Translations under genes and position numbers: made by a program
The notes under the pieces: model-generated
The model's database searches: none
The model's input: the letters and a program-made list of their open reading frames with translations, nothing else
What the model was told of the DNA's origin: nothing
Source of the DNA: Tubiluchus corallicola
Lineage: Eukaryota > Animalia > Priapulida
DNA: 64,000 bases
Reading direction: 5' to 3'
Assembly (NCBI GenBank): GCA_030141605.1
Contig: JAQGDQ010000223.1
Span: 66,642 to 130,641 of the forward strand
Shown: in pieces, positions 47,195 through 61,240 of the stretch
Position numbering within the stretch: the stretch's first letter is position 1
Layout: every line of letters begins with the position of its first letter

Positions 47195-50100
47195 ATTATA
47201 ACAGTTCATGTTCATTTCATTCAAAATATGCTTTCCAGATAGCTCTGCACACTGCAAACTAGAATACAGTATTCAACGTCTACTGACGTAATAGTTGTAA
47301 CAGCTATAACAGTTATGATCATTATAAATTATATAAATTATAACACTTAGTCAAGAAACTGAATCGGCTGAGGTGTTCTAGCTACGTAATGTACTTCCCA
47401 TGAAAAGGGTATACCTAGCACGTAACTCAGCATGTCGTATATTAAGGACAGCAATTTCCACTGATGCCTAATGTTAATCACTTTGCGACGTTTGCATTAA
47501 TAACTATTCTCCAGTGGGTTGATCATTCATCACATCTGCTACTCATGCGGTTAGCTTACCCATATCATACACATTAGAAGGCTCTGAACTGCTGAATAAT
47601 TTGCTAAACTTCCATAAATTAAAACGCTCTTAAAAGACTGATTAATTTGGATTAAGTCGAATATACGCAATATGTACAAACTTAACATAATTTGTTTTGG
47701 AAAGAATTGCTATTTAAATGAAAGTTACAAAAAGAGAAGTTGGTCAGAATCTTAATCTCAAGATTTCTCAAGTTAATAGTGATACCCGTTATTCCTTGTA
47801 TATATACATACATCCACGCATTTCCAGACTTGGCTTGCTAAGTTACTACCAAAGCTATTGGTGAACGGCATTATTAGCTATAAAGAAATCGACTTCACAA
47901 TTTAGGCACTTAACAAGTTATATTATGCACAATGTGGTTATCTAAATAAGGATGATCAAAATCTGATAGTTCATATTCACACTTAATTACGTCTCTAACT
48001 CAGCTATTAGTAAGTGAGCCAAGCAATTCCTTCTTCTGTAAAACTTGATTTGGAACAAAGGTAAAACTATGTTAAACTAAGTTTTTGTAGATATTATCAC
48101 AGCAGCGACAAAAACAGCTATTTTAATCCAGAATTTCTTCGAGACTTAGTCCTACGGAACCACAAATAACTTAATGAAATATATTAGATAGTGTAATAAT
48201 TATTATGCAATCATTTTTTTAATTTAGGAAATCAAGATTTGCAAGTGAGTTTAGAGTGAACTTCATTGCAATGGCTACTGCCCAGACTAAAAATAAAAAC
48301 TGCGAAGTTATTACCTTTCGGTGTATAAAACAGCATGTGCCTGAAGGCAGGTACAATGGACTTGACTCTCTGCCGAAACATTGCGCCTCTCGCAGCGCTT
48401 GTGATGTTCTCAAAGTGCATTCGTCTCTGTGGTAAACTTGTAGTCTTTGAAAATTCCTGCTATTTTGCTGCTAGGAAAATGCGCCGATACGATGCACAAC
48501 GATTTAAAACATTACTGTAACAAGATTTACTGCTTAATCAAACTGATGGCAGAATTATCAGTGGCTCGCAGCGGCATTTTAAAAGCGTCACGCCGAGCTG
48601 TCAAGTCTGTCAAGACTGAAGAAGCTTGGTTTTGGTTTTGACGCCTGCATGTTTTGACCAATCTAATGGGCGCCAGTGCGTTATTAATGTTCGAACGAAA
48701 GATACTCGAAATTCAATAATAAGATGGGAAAGATACGCATGCAAACATAACTGCGTTTATTGGTTCGATCGACTGCAGAGGCGTTAAAAGTAAATAAATA
48801 AAAAATGAATTGAATCAGAATTGCCTGCAGCTAAAAGTCTGGCTTCGATATGATTCAATTGGCATGAATGTGGAACGTTGACATCAGAAAATCTCCCTTG
48901 AGGAAGAGGGTTTATTTGACTTTCTTTACTAGTTCATGTCATGTTTGCCTAGATGTAGGCTGGGTGAAGGGAATACAGGCCAAAATGAATTAAAATTACT
49001 ACCAATTGTAAGAAGAAGTAAAAAAATAGACAGCCGAGAGGTGGCACTTTTCTGACTGCAGCATCATTTTCTGAAGCGCAGAACTGTCTGTAAAAAGAGA
49101 CAAAACAAGCCACTTGCACATACATTGAAACCTCACTGCCTCACTGCCATACGAAAATTTCAAAATACATTTAGGCAATTTGTAATGTAGTCGACAATAT
49201 CCCAGTTAATTCCTTTTGTTAAAACCAGTAATGACCTATGAAAAGTAGTCCAAGATCAAATAATCATAGCTAAAACACATTGGAATAAATGAGCCTGAGA
49301 ATAAAATGATTAAAAAGATGCGTTTATAATGCTACCTTAAATTGGTCAGTAACTTTAAAATCTTTGTTCTTAAAGAATGCGCAGGCCTGGATTGGCCATT
49401 CACCTCCATGTGTCCAGGGAGGCACGAACAGTTTGAGATATGGGATCTCTTGATCGTTTTCACCTCCTTTTGCACAGGTTTTACAAACTTTCTAAACGTT
49501 TTACCATTTAATAGCATACTCCTGCTATATGACAGGAACTTAATGTGTTTGCTTCTTCGGCTAGAAATTCTAAAATGATTTATATCATCTTAAGCGTAAA
49601 AGTTCTATTCAAGTCTATGAATAACTGCAGACGGAGTGTAAAATAAGACAAGCTGCCGTTTTGTTTTTGTACATCTAAAACACGGTAGCATACGATTTTT
49701 ATTCTGAAAAGGATTAAATCAGACAATAAACAGACGCTAGTTTCTTCGCTCCCGTGTTTTATTTTTGTGAAACAACTCGCGTCTATAAATCGTCTAATAA
49801 TCCAATAATACGTAAATATAAAAAATATAATTATACTGTATCATATGAGGTAGTATATAGGGAGGAGAGTTGCTATACATATTTTGTAAATATCAGGTAT
49901 CGGCGCGAAAGGTCTGACCCCCCGAAAGCCGAAAGTGTTGCACCTCAAGGGCTTTCTTCTCCCTCAGGGTTGTAGTCCGCCCCTGAGAATACTCAAGTGT
50001 TGTGACGTTGAAAACGCTTCACATTCTTGTTTTGTCATACCATTTTGACAAAGTCAATTTCCTACTATGAATCATTTTTCTACTTTGTCCATCATTTGTC

Positions 50101-52471
50101 TATCAGTCGTCCATTCGTTTGCCTGATTAACTAAAAAGCCAGTCGGTTAGTGCGGGGGTATTTTCAAAAATCGCGAAAGCACCAGTAAGTTACATCAGCA
50201 GATATCGTATACCTTCCCCTTTGAAATGCAGGTTGCTGTGTTCCAGTTTTAGCGATTTTAGTGATAATGGTTCTCAGTTGAGAATTTCTTAAACTATCTT
50301 TGCACGACGAAGCTTTAATTTCAAAGACAGCGTGTTAAGTAACCTTGGCCTACATCAATACAAAACAATTTTCTCGTACTTTGTATTCAGCCACAATACT
50401 GCCAAAATAGAATTAGCAAAGAAATTTAAAATTGGGTATAACAGACAAAATGTTTGCAGAAAAACTGTCCTTCCGTAGTGTGGAAAGAATGGTACAGAAA
50501 CAGAAATAAATGTAATTTGGTGTCTGGAATAATTTTTATTCAGTAAACAATAAATTATAAAAAACAGTGACGATGATATTGATATTAAGAAGTGCAGGCT
50601 TGTTGAAAATATTGAACTGCTGGAGGCTCCTCTCCACCCGGGGGTAGTTCGGGCCTGCAGGTACGGAGGCGAGCAGCTTAATAATGATTTTCACATAACC
50701 ACAATTAAACAAGACTGAATTGGATAACGCCGAAGATTTAACTGGAAAGAGATTTAAATACTGCAAGGCCTAAACTAACTATGACAAGATTTTAAACAAA
50801 TTAAGGAAAAACAGAATAAAGAAACAAAGTGGATAGACTGATACCTAACTTGCCATATAGCGAGTAGTAGGAGAGCTCTAAATCTGATAGAAGAAACACA
50901 AGCACAAGAACCACGAACTCTGCACAACCCAATTACCACTGTAGCTCCAAAGTACAGCAGGTTTCTACCCTCCTTTTATAACCTACCCTAAACTAGCGTA
51001 AATGTCAGAAATAGAGCCAAAATCAAACCTGATTGGTTGAAAGCAAGAAGGTGCGAAGATTTAGCCAATGAGAACCGAAACATTTGTAAAAGAATAATTT
51101 AGAAGACTTAGGTATGAACTACTGGTACTTTTAGGGGTGACATGCAACACTAGTTTGGTAACCATTCTACACTTTGGAATAAAGATAGAGATTGCAAAGT
51201 GGGCCGCCCAGGCGCCTGCACTATAATACCATCTTCATTCTTTACTGGTTAGTTAAACGTCAGTGCAACCCTTTCGGGTTCCAAATCAACTCATCTTCAA
51301 ACTATAAATGGTGGACGGTCTCATTTTCGTTCTGGTTACTATTGTTAGATTGTTTTTAATATTTATTTATTTTTATCAATGAAAGATTCAATTTTATCAG
51401 CGTTTATGTTATTTATAAATTCAATTTGATTTGTAGTCTGAAGATTAATTGAGTTGTAAATCCAAACGTCACAATGAAGTTTCGCGAGCTGTAGAAAAAA
51501 AAAACTATTTTCCTTCCATATAAAATTTCTATTATAGAGATGGCACTTCTATGCTTCTAAGTCAATTGCAAACCTTTTAGACAGTTGTCCGCAGTGTTGC
51601 CGTGGTAGTATGTTGTCATGCTATTTCAGTCATTCACGGAACTTATTTTGTTGCACGAAAAAATCAAAAGTTGTGCGGTGTTGAGTTCCGCATTTCAAAA
51701 TGGAGTTTAAAGTTCCGAGGTGGATTTGTACTTTTAATAAATTATACGATTTCCACCATATAAAACGTACGAGAGTTTTACTTAATGTAAAATTTAGTTT
51801 TTCTCTAACAGGCCAAACTACTGATGTAATTTAAGATATTCCCAAAAGCACAAATAAATAAAACGTAGAAGAAAATGAGATAATATCACAGTTTTCAGTG
51901 GATGACAAACAGTTTTAAAAATTTTGCCATGTTTTCAATGTTCAAATACCGAAGTGCTTTAATATCTTTTAGTGGCGTGGTGCCATCTGGTTTCAATCAA
52001 ATACACTACACGTTCGCTGAAGCCATGTGGCCTGTGCTGCTGCTTGATGTCGTTTCACTGGTTGCATAACGAAGGTACATGGCAGTAGAAAGTGTGGGCG
52101 CAAAGTAGCGCCACCCAGTGAACAAAGCAGTAAACATGTTTCATGCAGCGAAGCAGCTGCTCAGTTTTACAGTCTTGCATATTTGCTACGGACAATGCTC
52201 TGAGGGTTTTACAACCATTTTCATTAAGCTGCAGTTTTTCTCGTTTCACTTTGTTGAAATAGAAGTGTACTCAATAAGAACTACAAAAGGCGCAAACACA
52301 ATTATTCGATTTCACGCTGGAGTTAAGGTTCCGGCTCAGGAACAGGTTCAGCAGAAAGCAGAAGGATAGAAGGAATTTTGATATGCATGAACAACAGGAG
52401 CAGGAGAGAGAAAAGGGGAGAGCGAGAGATAGATAGATAGGCAGGCGTTCAGACAGACAGACAGAAAAACA

Positions 52472-52489
52472 GAGAGAGAGAGAGAGAGG

Positions 52490-52577
<88 letters not shown>
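52472..52577. repeat. (AG)n microsatellite
   Basis: Directly visible. Confidence 0.97.
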
Positions 52578-52581
<4 letters not shown>

Positions 52582-53267
52582 GCTAACGCTGTTTATTTAA
52601 AAAAACTGAAGATGCCTTAATAGACCTGCAACGCACGTAGACCTAATACTGGCTTCAAGCAGTGCTGAAATCCAGGGTTAGTTGCTGATAAGCTGAAGCC
52701 ATTTGCTACCTAAAGCGTTTATAGCCTATTATCGATTACCACGCGCAGGATTACGCAATAACAACTTAACGCACTCTTATTACGATCAACGTCAATAATA
52801 GATGGAATATATGTTTCCCAGGCATAGAAATTGATGTTGTGCTTGCAAGTAGTATCAGCAAATTTTGCTATGAGTACTTCCTTTTATTTGCAACAAAGTA
52901 TGTACGTATTGCTGCCATTTAAAACTGTTGGCAAAAATAAAAGAAAACAACTGACATCAAAAAGGGCCACAAAATAAGAATTAATGTAACAGGGTAGAGT
53001 GGAACATACGTCACAAGTATGCAATACAAATAAGTATGCAATACAAATTTACAGCGCAATTACATTTCCTGTTTTCATTTTTAGCATTGCAGTTAATTAT
53101 GGTTTTGTACCATCGTTAATAAATACCTTAGGATTAGTTATTTACAAAAATTTCAGGCTCAAAATTAACCTAAAGTAAAGGAAAATATTCTGTTTAGCTA
53201 TACTCATTCGTGTATAAGTAATCTAACACAGGAAATGCTGAGAATGTGGATAATAACTTTAAACTAC

Positions 53268-53307
53268 CTTTACCACCGTGGAGGTGACCTAGAGATCTGA
53301 AGCCCAT
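53268..53307 (-). CDS. Candidate alternative short first exon of KChIP (MGFRSLGHLHG[GK])
   Basis: ATG at 53307 with two phase-1 donors (G|GTAAAG after 53274, G|GTAGTT after 53268). A CpG-rich patch with CCAAT lies immediately upstream (about 53370-53410). Confidence 0.3.
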
Positions 53308-53565
53308 TTCACAGTGAGGACGCAAGGAGAGTAACACACGGAACTGCTATGAGAAAGTTCTATTTTGTACGGCGTGCGCCGGCCGGCCAAAGCGTTTCAT
53401 CCAATCAGAGATCAGTATTCTAGCATTGTTTTTTTACCTTTCCCGCTACTTGTATTGGGACACGATATGCATAATTAAAAACGCTGTACTAGGCCACTAG
53501 AAGAACAATCAGTTTCAGAGCAGGGAGTGATGAATATGTCAGAGCAAGAGTTAACTTTCAAGTTC

Positions 53566-54015
53566 ATAATATCAAATATCTGTCTTTCAAAATTGCAGTT
53601 ACAGCTCGACACGTTACTGGAACTAACTGGCCAATAGTTGTTCTGTGAACGCGAAATATGTACTGCACGTCAGAAAAACTAGGTCCTGTAGCTAAATAAC
53701 GTAGAGTAACGCTAGGCGTTCTGCAGGCGATATGCAAGCTCTCATGTTTGTGTCCTGTTTTTTAATTTCCACACTGACCATATCCACTAATTCAGCAAAT
53801 GTCTCATTATCCATTCTTAGAAAATTTCTATAAGACCAAGGATCCCTATCCCTGAGTTCATTCAATAAATTTAAATATGCAACCTGAAAAACATGTTGCT
53901 GTAACCACTTTTTTGTCCAACAAGTACGATTTTTGCGTTGCCTTTTCCTTTTTAATCTACGTAAAGCCAATATTGAAATGGCAACACTTGCCGGACGCAA
54001 ATTTTCGATGTCCAA
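53566..54015 (-). pseudogene. PIF/Harbinger transposase (HARBI1-like) N-terminal fragment, frameshifted
   Basis: WTKKWL...AYLNLLNELR...YRNFLRMDNETFAELVDMV...IKKQDTNMRACISPAERLA, then after a frameshift near 53707 TLRYLATGPSFSDVQYIFRVHRTTIGQLVPVTCRAVTAILKDRYL: the typical Harbinger transposase HTH region. The DDE domain is absent. Confidence 0.88.
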
Positions 54016-57000
54016 TTCTTAATTAACTGCAATGTCTATATAGACCTTACTCCACGCTCCAGTGACACAAAAGCTTTAAAAAACAAGATAATCCACCAAA
54101 TAATTGCTGATTATAGATCTAATTTTCAACATAAAACACTATCCAGAAGTACCAAAACTAAATGGCGACAAAATGTTTGCTTGTACGGCCGTCATTACTG
54201 CCGTGCTCTCTTCTACACAGTGTATCAGTCGCCGGCCGGCGTTTGCCGTGCGGCCATGTATAGGGCGGCCGTGTATCATTGGCTTTAGCTGCAGCTATTT
54301 TGCGAGTTACAGGCATGTACCTACATGTATTACTCGTCAACATGGACAATGAAGACGAGGACTTGTTTTTGTTGAGTGCTTACTACTACTGTATTACGGT
54401 AGTATTAATTGCTGTAGTTATCGGGTGCACCCAATTAACGAAACAAGCAGCACCGTGTTATCATCAGTTACACTTTTCGACGAGTTGTTAGCTTTGCTAC
54501 AGGATTCGATTATAAAAAAATGTAAATTTCAGAGACTACGTTGACCCTCTAACCTTGTAATTTGATATTTCATACTGTTTCAAATATCTAAATGTCTAAA
54601 ATTAAGTTATAGTTGTCGTATTTCTCATATACAAATCACAAAATAATGTTAGTCAATGTAATGTCAGACCTGTTTGTTTTTTAGTAAACTTCTACTAATC
54701 ACTTCATCATTTGAGAATATACAGATAGAAAATAAATATATGGGAGCGTTATTTTTCTCTTTCACCAATATAGGTTCATTAATTAATAAAACACGAAATC
54801 GTTTGTTTGTTAAAAGAGAGATTATATTTTATAATCTCATACTGAAATAGGTTAATTGTTGTTCGTTAAACATGAGAGAAGTAATTGAGAAATAATAATA
54901 ATGACAAATAATATTGAAAAAATAACAGAAAATGAGGGTTTTACGCAATTTAAAAGGAAAAAAAGTTGTGGAAAACAAGGATAGAAGTGACGGATAAAAG
55001 AATGTTCAAAAAGATAGGAAGAGTGGCTTGTGAAGATTCAACTCAATGAGATCACGGAGCACGCTGGGTTCTACTCAAAAAAGAAATAAGGTTATGACTG
55101 GTGTTCACACAGGAACAATAAGTAGTTATTGAAACTAATTATATAAGCAGCAAACGGATGTCGTTTAACTGACGTTTATCGTTTATTTAATAGATAAATA
55201 TAAACAAAAGTAAAAAGGTTAAAAAATAAACATAACAGATCATGACCACGGTTGTACGCAAACTGTCATGATTATGAAACTTAATATGAATATACCAGTG
55301 CAGAATAAAAAACAAAATATATTGTATTAATGCAAATAGTGATATGCTTATATGTAAGTCTATATACTTGTACCGAACTATATCCATAAACACACGGATA
55401 CATACATATACATGCACGTATATATACATAGAAACACCTAATAATGTACATATGTGCATTCACACAATTCACATGCACGCATATTGACACATACACTGCA
55501 TTTATACACACATCTGCACATACATATTTCCATGCTCCGATGCATACATTCGTCCATTCATTCAGCCACGCACACATGCATAAGCAAGCATGATTATCAG
55601 TTGGTTCAACATAGACATGGTATGTGAGTTATCGTAATAAAACAGCATAATAGGCCTATGTACGCAGCGACACTTGTTGAACAAATGCAAAGCATCAATG
55701 GGAAAACAGCGATCACAGTAAACGTTCAAAATATTACATAACTAGATAATATGGTAAGTAAATCAAGTATGGGTATTAAGTGACTGGTATACGTAATACA
55801 AGTGTGATACACTCCTATCACAAACGGATGCATACATATGCGTCCACATCAACGCAATTCACGCACACATCAAAACATAAATAGACGTGTTTATCAGTTG
55901 GTTCAAACAAATAAACGCAATAATTCAAGCCATCTTTCAAAGAACCAGCAGAGTATATGCCTGTGAGAAAACAACATATATTGCAATTTAAAGAAAAGAA
56001 CAAGGCACTAAGATAAAAATGAAAACACATTGCATTAGTGGAGAGAATAATCAGCATACCAAACTATGCTTATTTGTAGATCTCTAATACAAGTACACGC
56101 GTATCACCCTCACCTTAACAAAAAACAACAAGTCGTCGTAATGAACAGCAAAATTTATCGATGCCTTAAATATAGTGACGCGATATGCAAGTTATAGTAA
56201 CACATCATGCTAAGTATATATCTATAATAAGTTCACAGGTGGTAAAAAGTAGCAACACAGTTAACGTAAAACTCAAAAAAGTTAACAGAAAAAGTGGTGA
56301 ATGTATCGCGTATACTAATTTTATACCGTACGTATGTATATCATAATTATTATGTGTATATATGCGTATCTAGGCTAAACATACTGTATACACACAAACA
56401 TAGTTACACAGCACTCACACGCACAAATATACATCCACGCATACATAAATGCACATGCAAATGTCCAAAAGTTCAATCAAGTGCTGGTTATGCTGTGTTG
56501 TGGTAGAGAAAGAATCCAGTTATTAACAGAATAGGTAAGGCTATGATGGGCTTCTTAGCCGTTATAACATTCACAAGTAGTGTTATCTATGAGGAGTTGT
56601 TATAATAGGAGGGTATATTATGCTAGGGTGTCAGTCTAGCAGGAGCCAAGGTACATAACTTGTCTGTAGCCTCTGTACGCATATGTTTAACCAAATGAAT
56701 TTGATAGAGAACTTTTTTTGGGGGTTGTTTAGACTATGGGTATTAATTTGGAAAAGAACAGACTGACTGAAGCTACACAGGTACACACGATGGATACAAA
56801 CTGTACACTGAAGTTTAATCAATGTTAATGAACTTAAGCAATTGAAAATTAATGGTTGCTGCCTAGAGTCCGTCCGACAATAGGTATTAACCAATAAGTT
56901 ATTACATTAAGCAGTTTTCTAAATTAAACAAGGCACATGATAAATACAATATAGATCTAACTATACGGGGTGTGTTAAATAACATATAGTTTTTAACAGG

Positions 57001-57473
57001 TAAAAGTAATAGCTTACATTTACGTCGATTTTGAAGCTAGGCAGAGTTGGTCACAATCTTCGTCTCTAAATTGCGTTCATCGTTCATGGAAATCTGCACG
57101 AAACGTTGTAATTATACTGCTTTCTGAGTACAGAGTTTTATTTTACACCAGAGACAATAATTATAAATTGCGTGTATAAGAGCGCAGTATTTAACTACAT
57201 TCCGCTGAATTCCTGATTAAAATTTCATGCATCGTAAAGCTAATTAGAAAATTTCTGAAAGATGAAGATGCAATAAAGTTGAAAATCTTGTACTGCATGC
57301 CTGGTCCTGTGTAGTTGGTTTGAAGAATCTTTCAAGATCTGAAACCTAAAAACCGACTCTTCTATCCATGTATACTACGGTGAGCCTTGACGAACATGTC
57401 CGTGGTCAAACTGCCTAGGTAGTTTTTCGGCCTGGTATACGCTTCGCGTCGTTTACATTTGGTTGTTTTAATA

Positions 57474-57880
57474 ATAACGTAACGTAACGTAACATAACAT
57501 AACATGATACAATATAACATAATACAATGTAATACAATATAACACAATACAATACAGTGCAATGCAATGTGACACGACACGACACGACACGACACGACAC
57601 GCTACGATACGATACGATACGATACGATACGATACGATACTATACGATACGATACGATACGATACGATACGATACGATACGATACGATACGATACATACG
57701 ATACATACAATACAATACAATACAATACAATACAATACAATACAATACAATACAATACAATACAATACAATACAATACAATACAATACAATACAATGCAA
57801 CACAATACAATACCATGCAACACAATACAACACAATGCAATCAATATAATATAAAATAATATAATAAAATATAATAATAA
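57474..57880. repeat. Compound pentanucleotide microsatellite (TAACG/TAACA/CACGA/TACGA/TACAA/TATAA)
   Basis: Directly visible; source of many spurious ORFs. Confidence 0.97.
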
Positions 57881-57994
57881 TCTTTATTTAAAGTCGGACT
57901 TTGAGATAAACAATTAACAACTAAAGAGCTTTCTGACGACTGTAAATATCAATTTACAACTACGTAAATGAGACATAATTACCACACTTCTACA

Positions 57995-58115
57995 CTAAAT
58001 GCAACGCCGCAGGCAACCTAAGGAAGGGTAACAACAGGTGCTATTTTTAAAGTTTTTGGTATGACCCGGCCGCAGTATCAAACTCACGACCTCTCGACGG
58101 ACGCGTTACCACTAG
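57995..58115 (-). mobile_element. tRNA-derived SINE with a Meta-domain-like core
   Basis: Minus strand CTAGTGGTAACGCGTCCG...GGTCGTGAGTTTGATACT (A/B boxes) followed by GGCCGGGTCATACCAAAAACTTTAAAAATAGCACCTG, resembling the conserved MetaSINE core as I recall it. Confidence 0.65.
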
Positions 58116-60519
58116 TCTATATCTCATGTTCATCATAAGTAAGATAACCTCTTCGGTTCAAAAATTGGCCAACAATATTGTATATGATGCAGCAATTTGC
58201 TCAATTTGTCCAAGGACAATGCTAAATCAGAGGAAACAGACATCAGTGACCTTCACATTTCCCTACTTCAGGATAAACAATAGTAACTGAATTATTCAAC
58301 GGTCACGATAAGTGTTTATAACAAGCAATTGCTCATGCTGTTTTTTAATTCTGTATATTTATCTATTATTTGAATATATTAAAAGCACCATTATGGTAAA
58401 CAACAAAGCAGGCGAAAAATGTAATAGGCATAAAAATTATTTATAGACTACATGAACTTTCATAAAGATAGAACCCCGGAGGCGCTTTTTTTCTAGAAGT
58501 GGGCTATACAGGTAGTCCTATCAACTTGACTACACTGAACCGAAAAAACTGTTGCCAAATAAAAAAGTCAAAACCGCAAAAATAAAAAAAATCGCCGCTA
58601 ACGTTTTGAAGAACAATGTAGATTAAAAGTAATTCCCAGATAATTAACATTAAGACGCAATTATGACATCTGTTCCAGGGCAGTTGAATCTGAGAAATCC
58701 ATTTCTGTTTCTTTTATTTCGAAAATGGTCACCGTTTTCAAAATGGCCGTCACACATAAACGTAATTATGTCATTCATGCAACAATATTAACTAATTCAC
58801 TTAAAGATTTATTATAAGAAAAGAAAGCAAATTATTTTTATAAACTTGACCTTGCTGAATCTAACAAGCTACTACAAGGACCAGAAAATGATGCAAAGCA
58901 ATTTAAACAGTCTTGTAAGCAAAAAATAAAAATAATCACAGGGTTGCTGACGTATACTATATCTACGAGATCGTTGAAAAACTCGCTAATTTCGTCTGAA
59001 AGTTATGAAATTTTGCATAATGCCAGAACCCATAATCAACCATAATGGGTGATTAATTTTGGATACGAGGCCTTTGGAATACCGCTCAATATGGCTGTCA
59101 TTTCCAAAATAGTCTACAAGATGACTGTTGCTACTTTTTAAAAGCTTGTGGTGGCTAAATTTAGGTTTTCAAGGTGCAGAGGTCCGAATCTGATGCTTAA
59201 AAACACCTGTGACATCAATTAGGATTTCAAGACGACTGCCAAGAATATTGTTGAGGAGACGACCAAGAGGTCCAACGTTCAAATCTGGATCGTCAAATGT
59301 TGTAGATGAGAAAATAGACAAGAATTATTAAAATTTAAACAGAAAATTAAGGTGAAAACTAGCCAGCATCTTTTCCTGCGTTCCTCATTCTGATCATGAC
59401 TACGGAACAGAATCTTAGCTGGTAAACGCACTTGTCCGTCTGCCGACTAAACCGACGAGGCCATTCCATATCAGCTACTTATAACTGATATGCAATGCTG
59501 ATATGTAATCGTAATGGATCGAACCATCACAATGTGGGGGGGGGCGAAAATAAATGGCCTCATTCGTGATTCACTTGTTGCAAAGTAGATTAAACAGACA
59601 ACTAATTTACAGAAATGTATCACAAGCAAATAGTCAAGTGGATATGCAGTCAGCATCAACAGTGATAACCACAATTATGCCTACAATTGTGACAACTATG
59701 GCTAGGCTTATATGGAGACTTGAAAGCAGCAAAAGTGAGAGACAGCGGCGACGCAGAAATGGTAACGGTGGAAGCAAGAGCAAGAGTGGATGAAAATGAG
59801 CAGCAAAAGTAAAACAGTATTGCTCCACCGTTTGACCCTCGACGCTCACGCTTTCCGAGTGCTAACAACATGGTAGATGGCCTTCGGCCCGCCATAGGTG
59901 ACGTTGGTAGACGCGGCATAACTTCACCCAAAAAGAAAAAACGAAACAAAATTTTAATGACGGAAATGAACGACTAAAAACATAAACCTAATGACAAGGT
60001 TTCAAATCTGACAAACCAACGACACTTGCAGGCAGACAGGTATGAAGTACACACGAAGAACAAAACACCGACAACTGACGACGTCACGTGCTAGTTTGGT
60101 CTCAAAATTTTTTTCTACAGGAAACTACTGTTCAACCACTCACAGGTGATATTATTGGCTTCCTGGTTTAAAGCGAAGATCATATCACTACCTGTAGGTT
60201 GTTGGCCAGATGCCTATGAATAAATGTAACACGTACTCCCACCTGCTCAGTTCACTTGTCACTTATTTGTTTAATACACGTACTATCACAAGCATGTGGT
60301 GCAGACGCAGTTATTTAAAATTGGGAGGATCACATCTGATCACCGAGGTAAACACGTGATTGACGAGATTAAATGTTAAAGGAAGCCAAGACCAAGTGCT
60401 AAGTATAATATGTATAGAGGCGCTTGCATATGATAGGCGTGTGACATTTTTATTGGGGAATTGGCACATTAGCTGCAAGAATTTTGCACCTTAACACCTA
60501 CAACAACCCACACTATTTA

Positions 60520-60745
60520 TACCACCCATGCCACACCACACCACATCACACCACACCACTCAAACCACATCACTCATGCCATGCCATGCCACTCCACACC
60601 ATACCACACCACAATGACAACACGTACTACCCACACACTCAGTACACGTACCACTCCAAACCAAACCCACCACATCGCACAATGATGATGATGATGATGA
60701 TGAAAACGATGATGATGATAATGATGATGACGACAACGATGACCA
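60520..60745. repeat. Degenerate (CACAC/CACCA)n and (GAT)n simple repeats
   Basis: Directly visible. Confidence 0.85.
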
Positions 60746-61084
60746 CACCTACTCATCACCAAGCTCAACAGCACAGCGAAACCACGCAAAACATTTTGCA
60801 CAAACTTGAAAATGTGTGCTACGACAAATGCTATTAGGCCATCAACCAATGATCAATAATGCATAAACATTCTACATATTTTTGCTCATTGCTTCTCAGA
60901 TTATAATAGGTAATAGATTATATTATAGATGTACAATCTATAGCACCGTTGAACTGTGGGCGACGACTGTATCTGTAACGACGCAATCTAACTACCACTA
61001 CCGTTGAATGGGCTATCCAGCCATTACTGACACTAACCCAGTCGCAGTTCCCGTTCTCTCAAAATTTTGCACAAAACGAGCAAA

Positions 61085-61240
61085 AAATTGGCCATTTTTA
61101 GAAGTCCCTCATTCGTGCCGGTGGCCCAGATTCGAAAAATAAACAATCATTGGAACCACACTAAATTGAGATTTTTCGTTTGGTAAATAGATTGGTGAGA
61201 ATGGTGCCGTTACTGGAGCTGAGCTCCGAAGGTTATGTAT
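61085..61240 (-). mobile_element. Unclassified interspersed repeat, copy 2
   Basis: Reverse complement reads GGCACCATTCTC...CTATTTACCAAACGAAAAATCTCAATTTAGTGTGGT...TTTATTTTTCGAATCTGGGCCACC...AAAAATGGCC. Confidence 0.7.
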
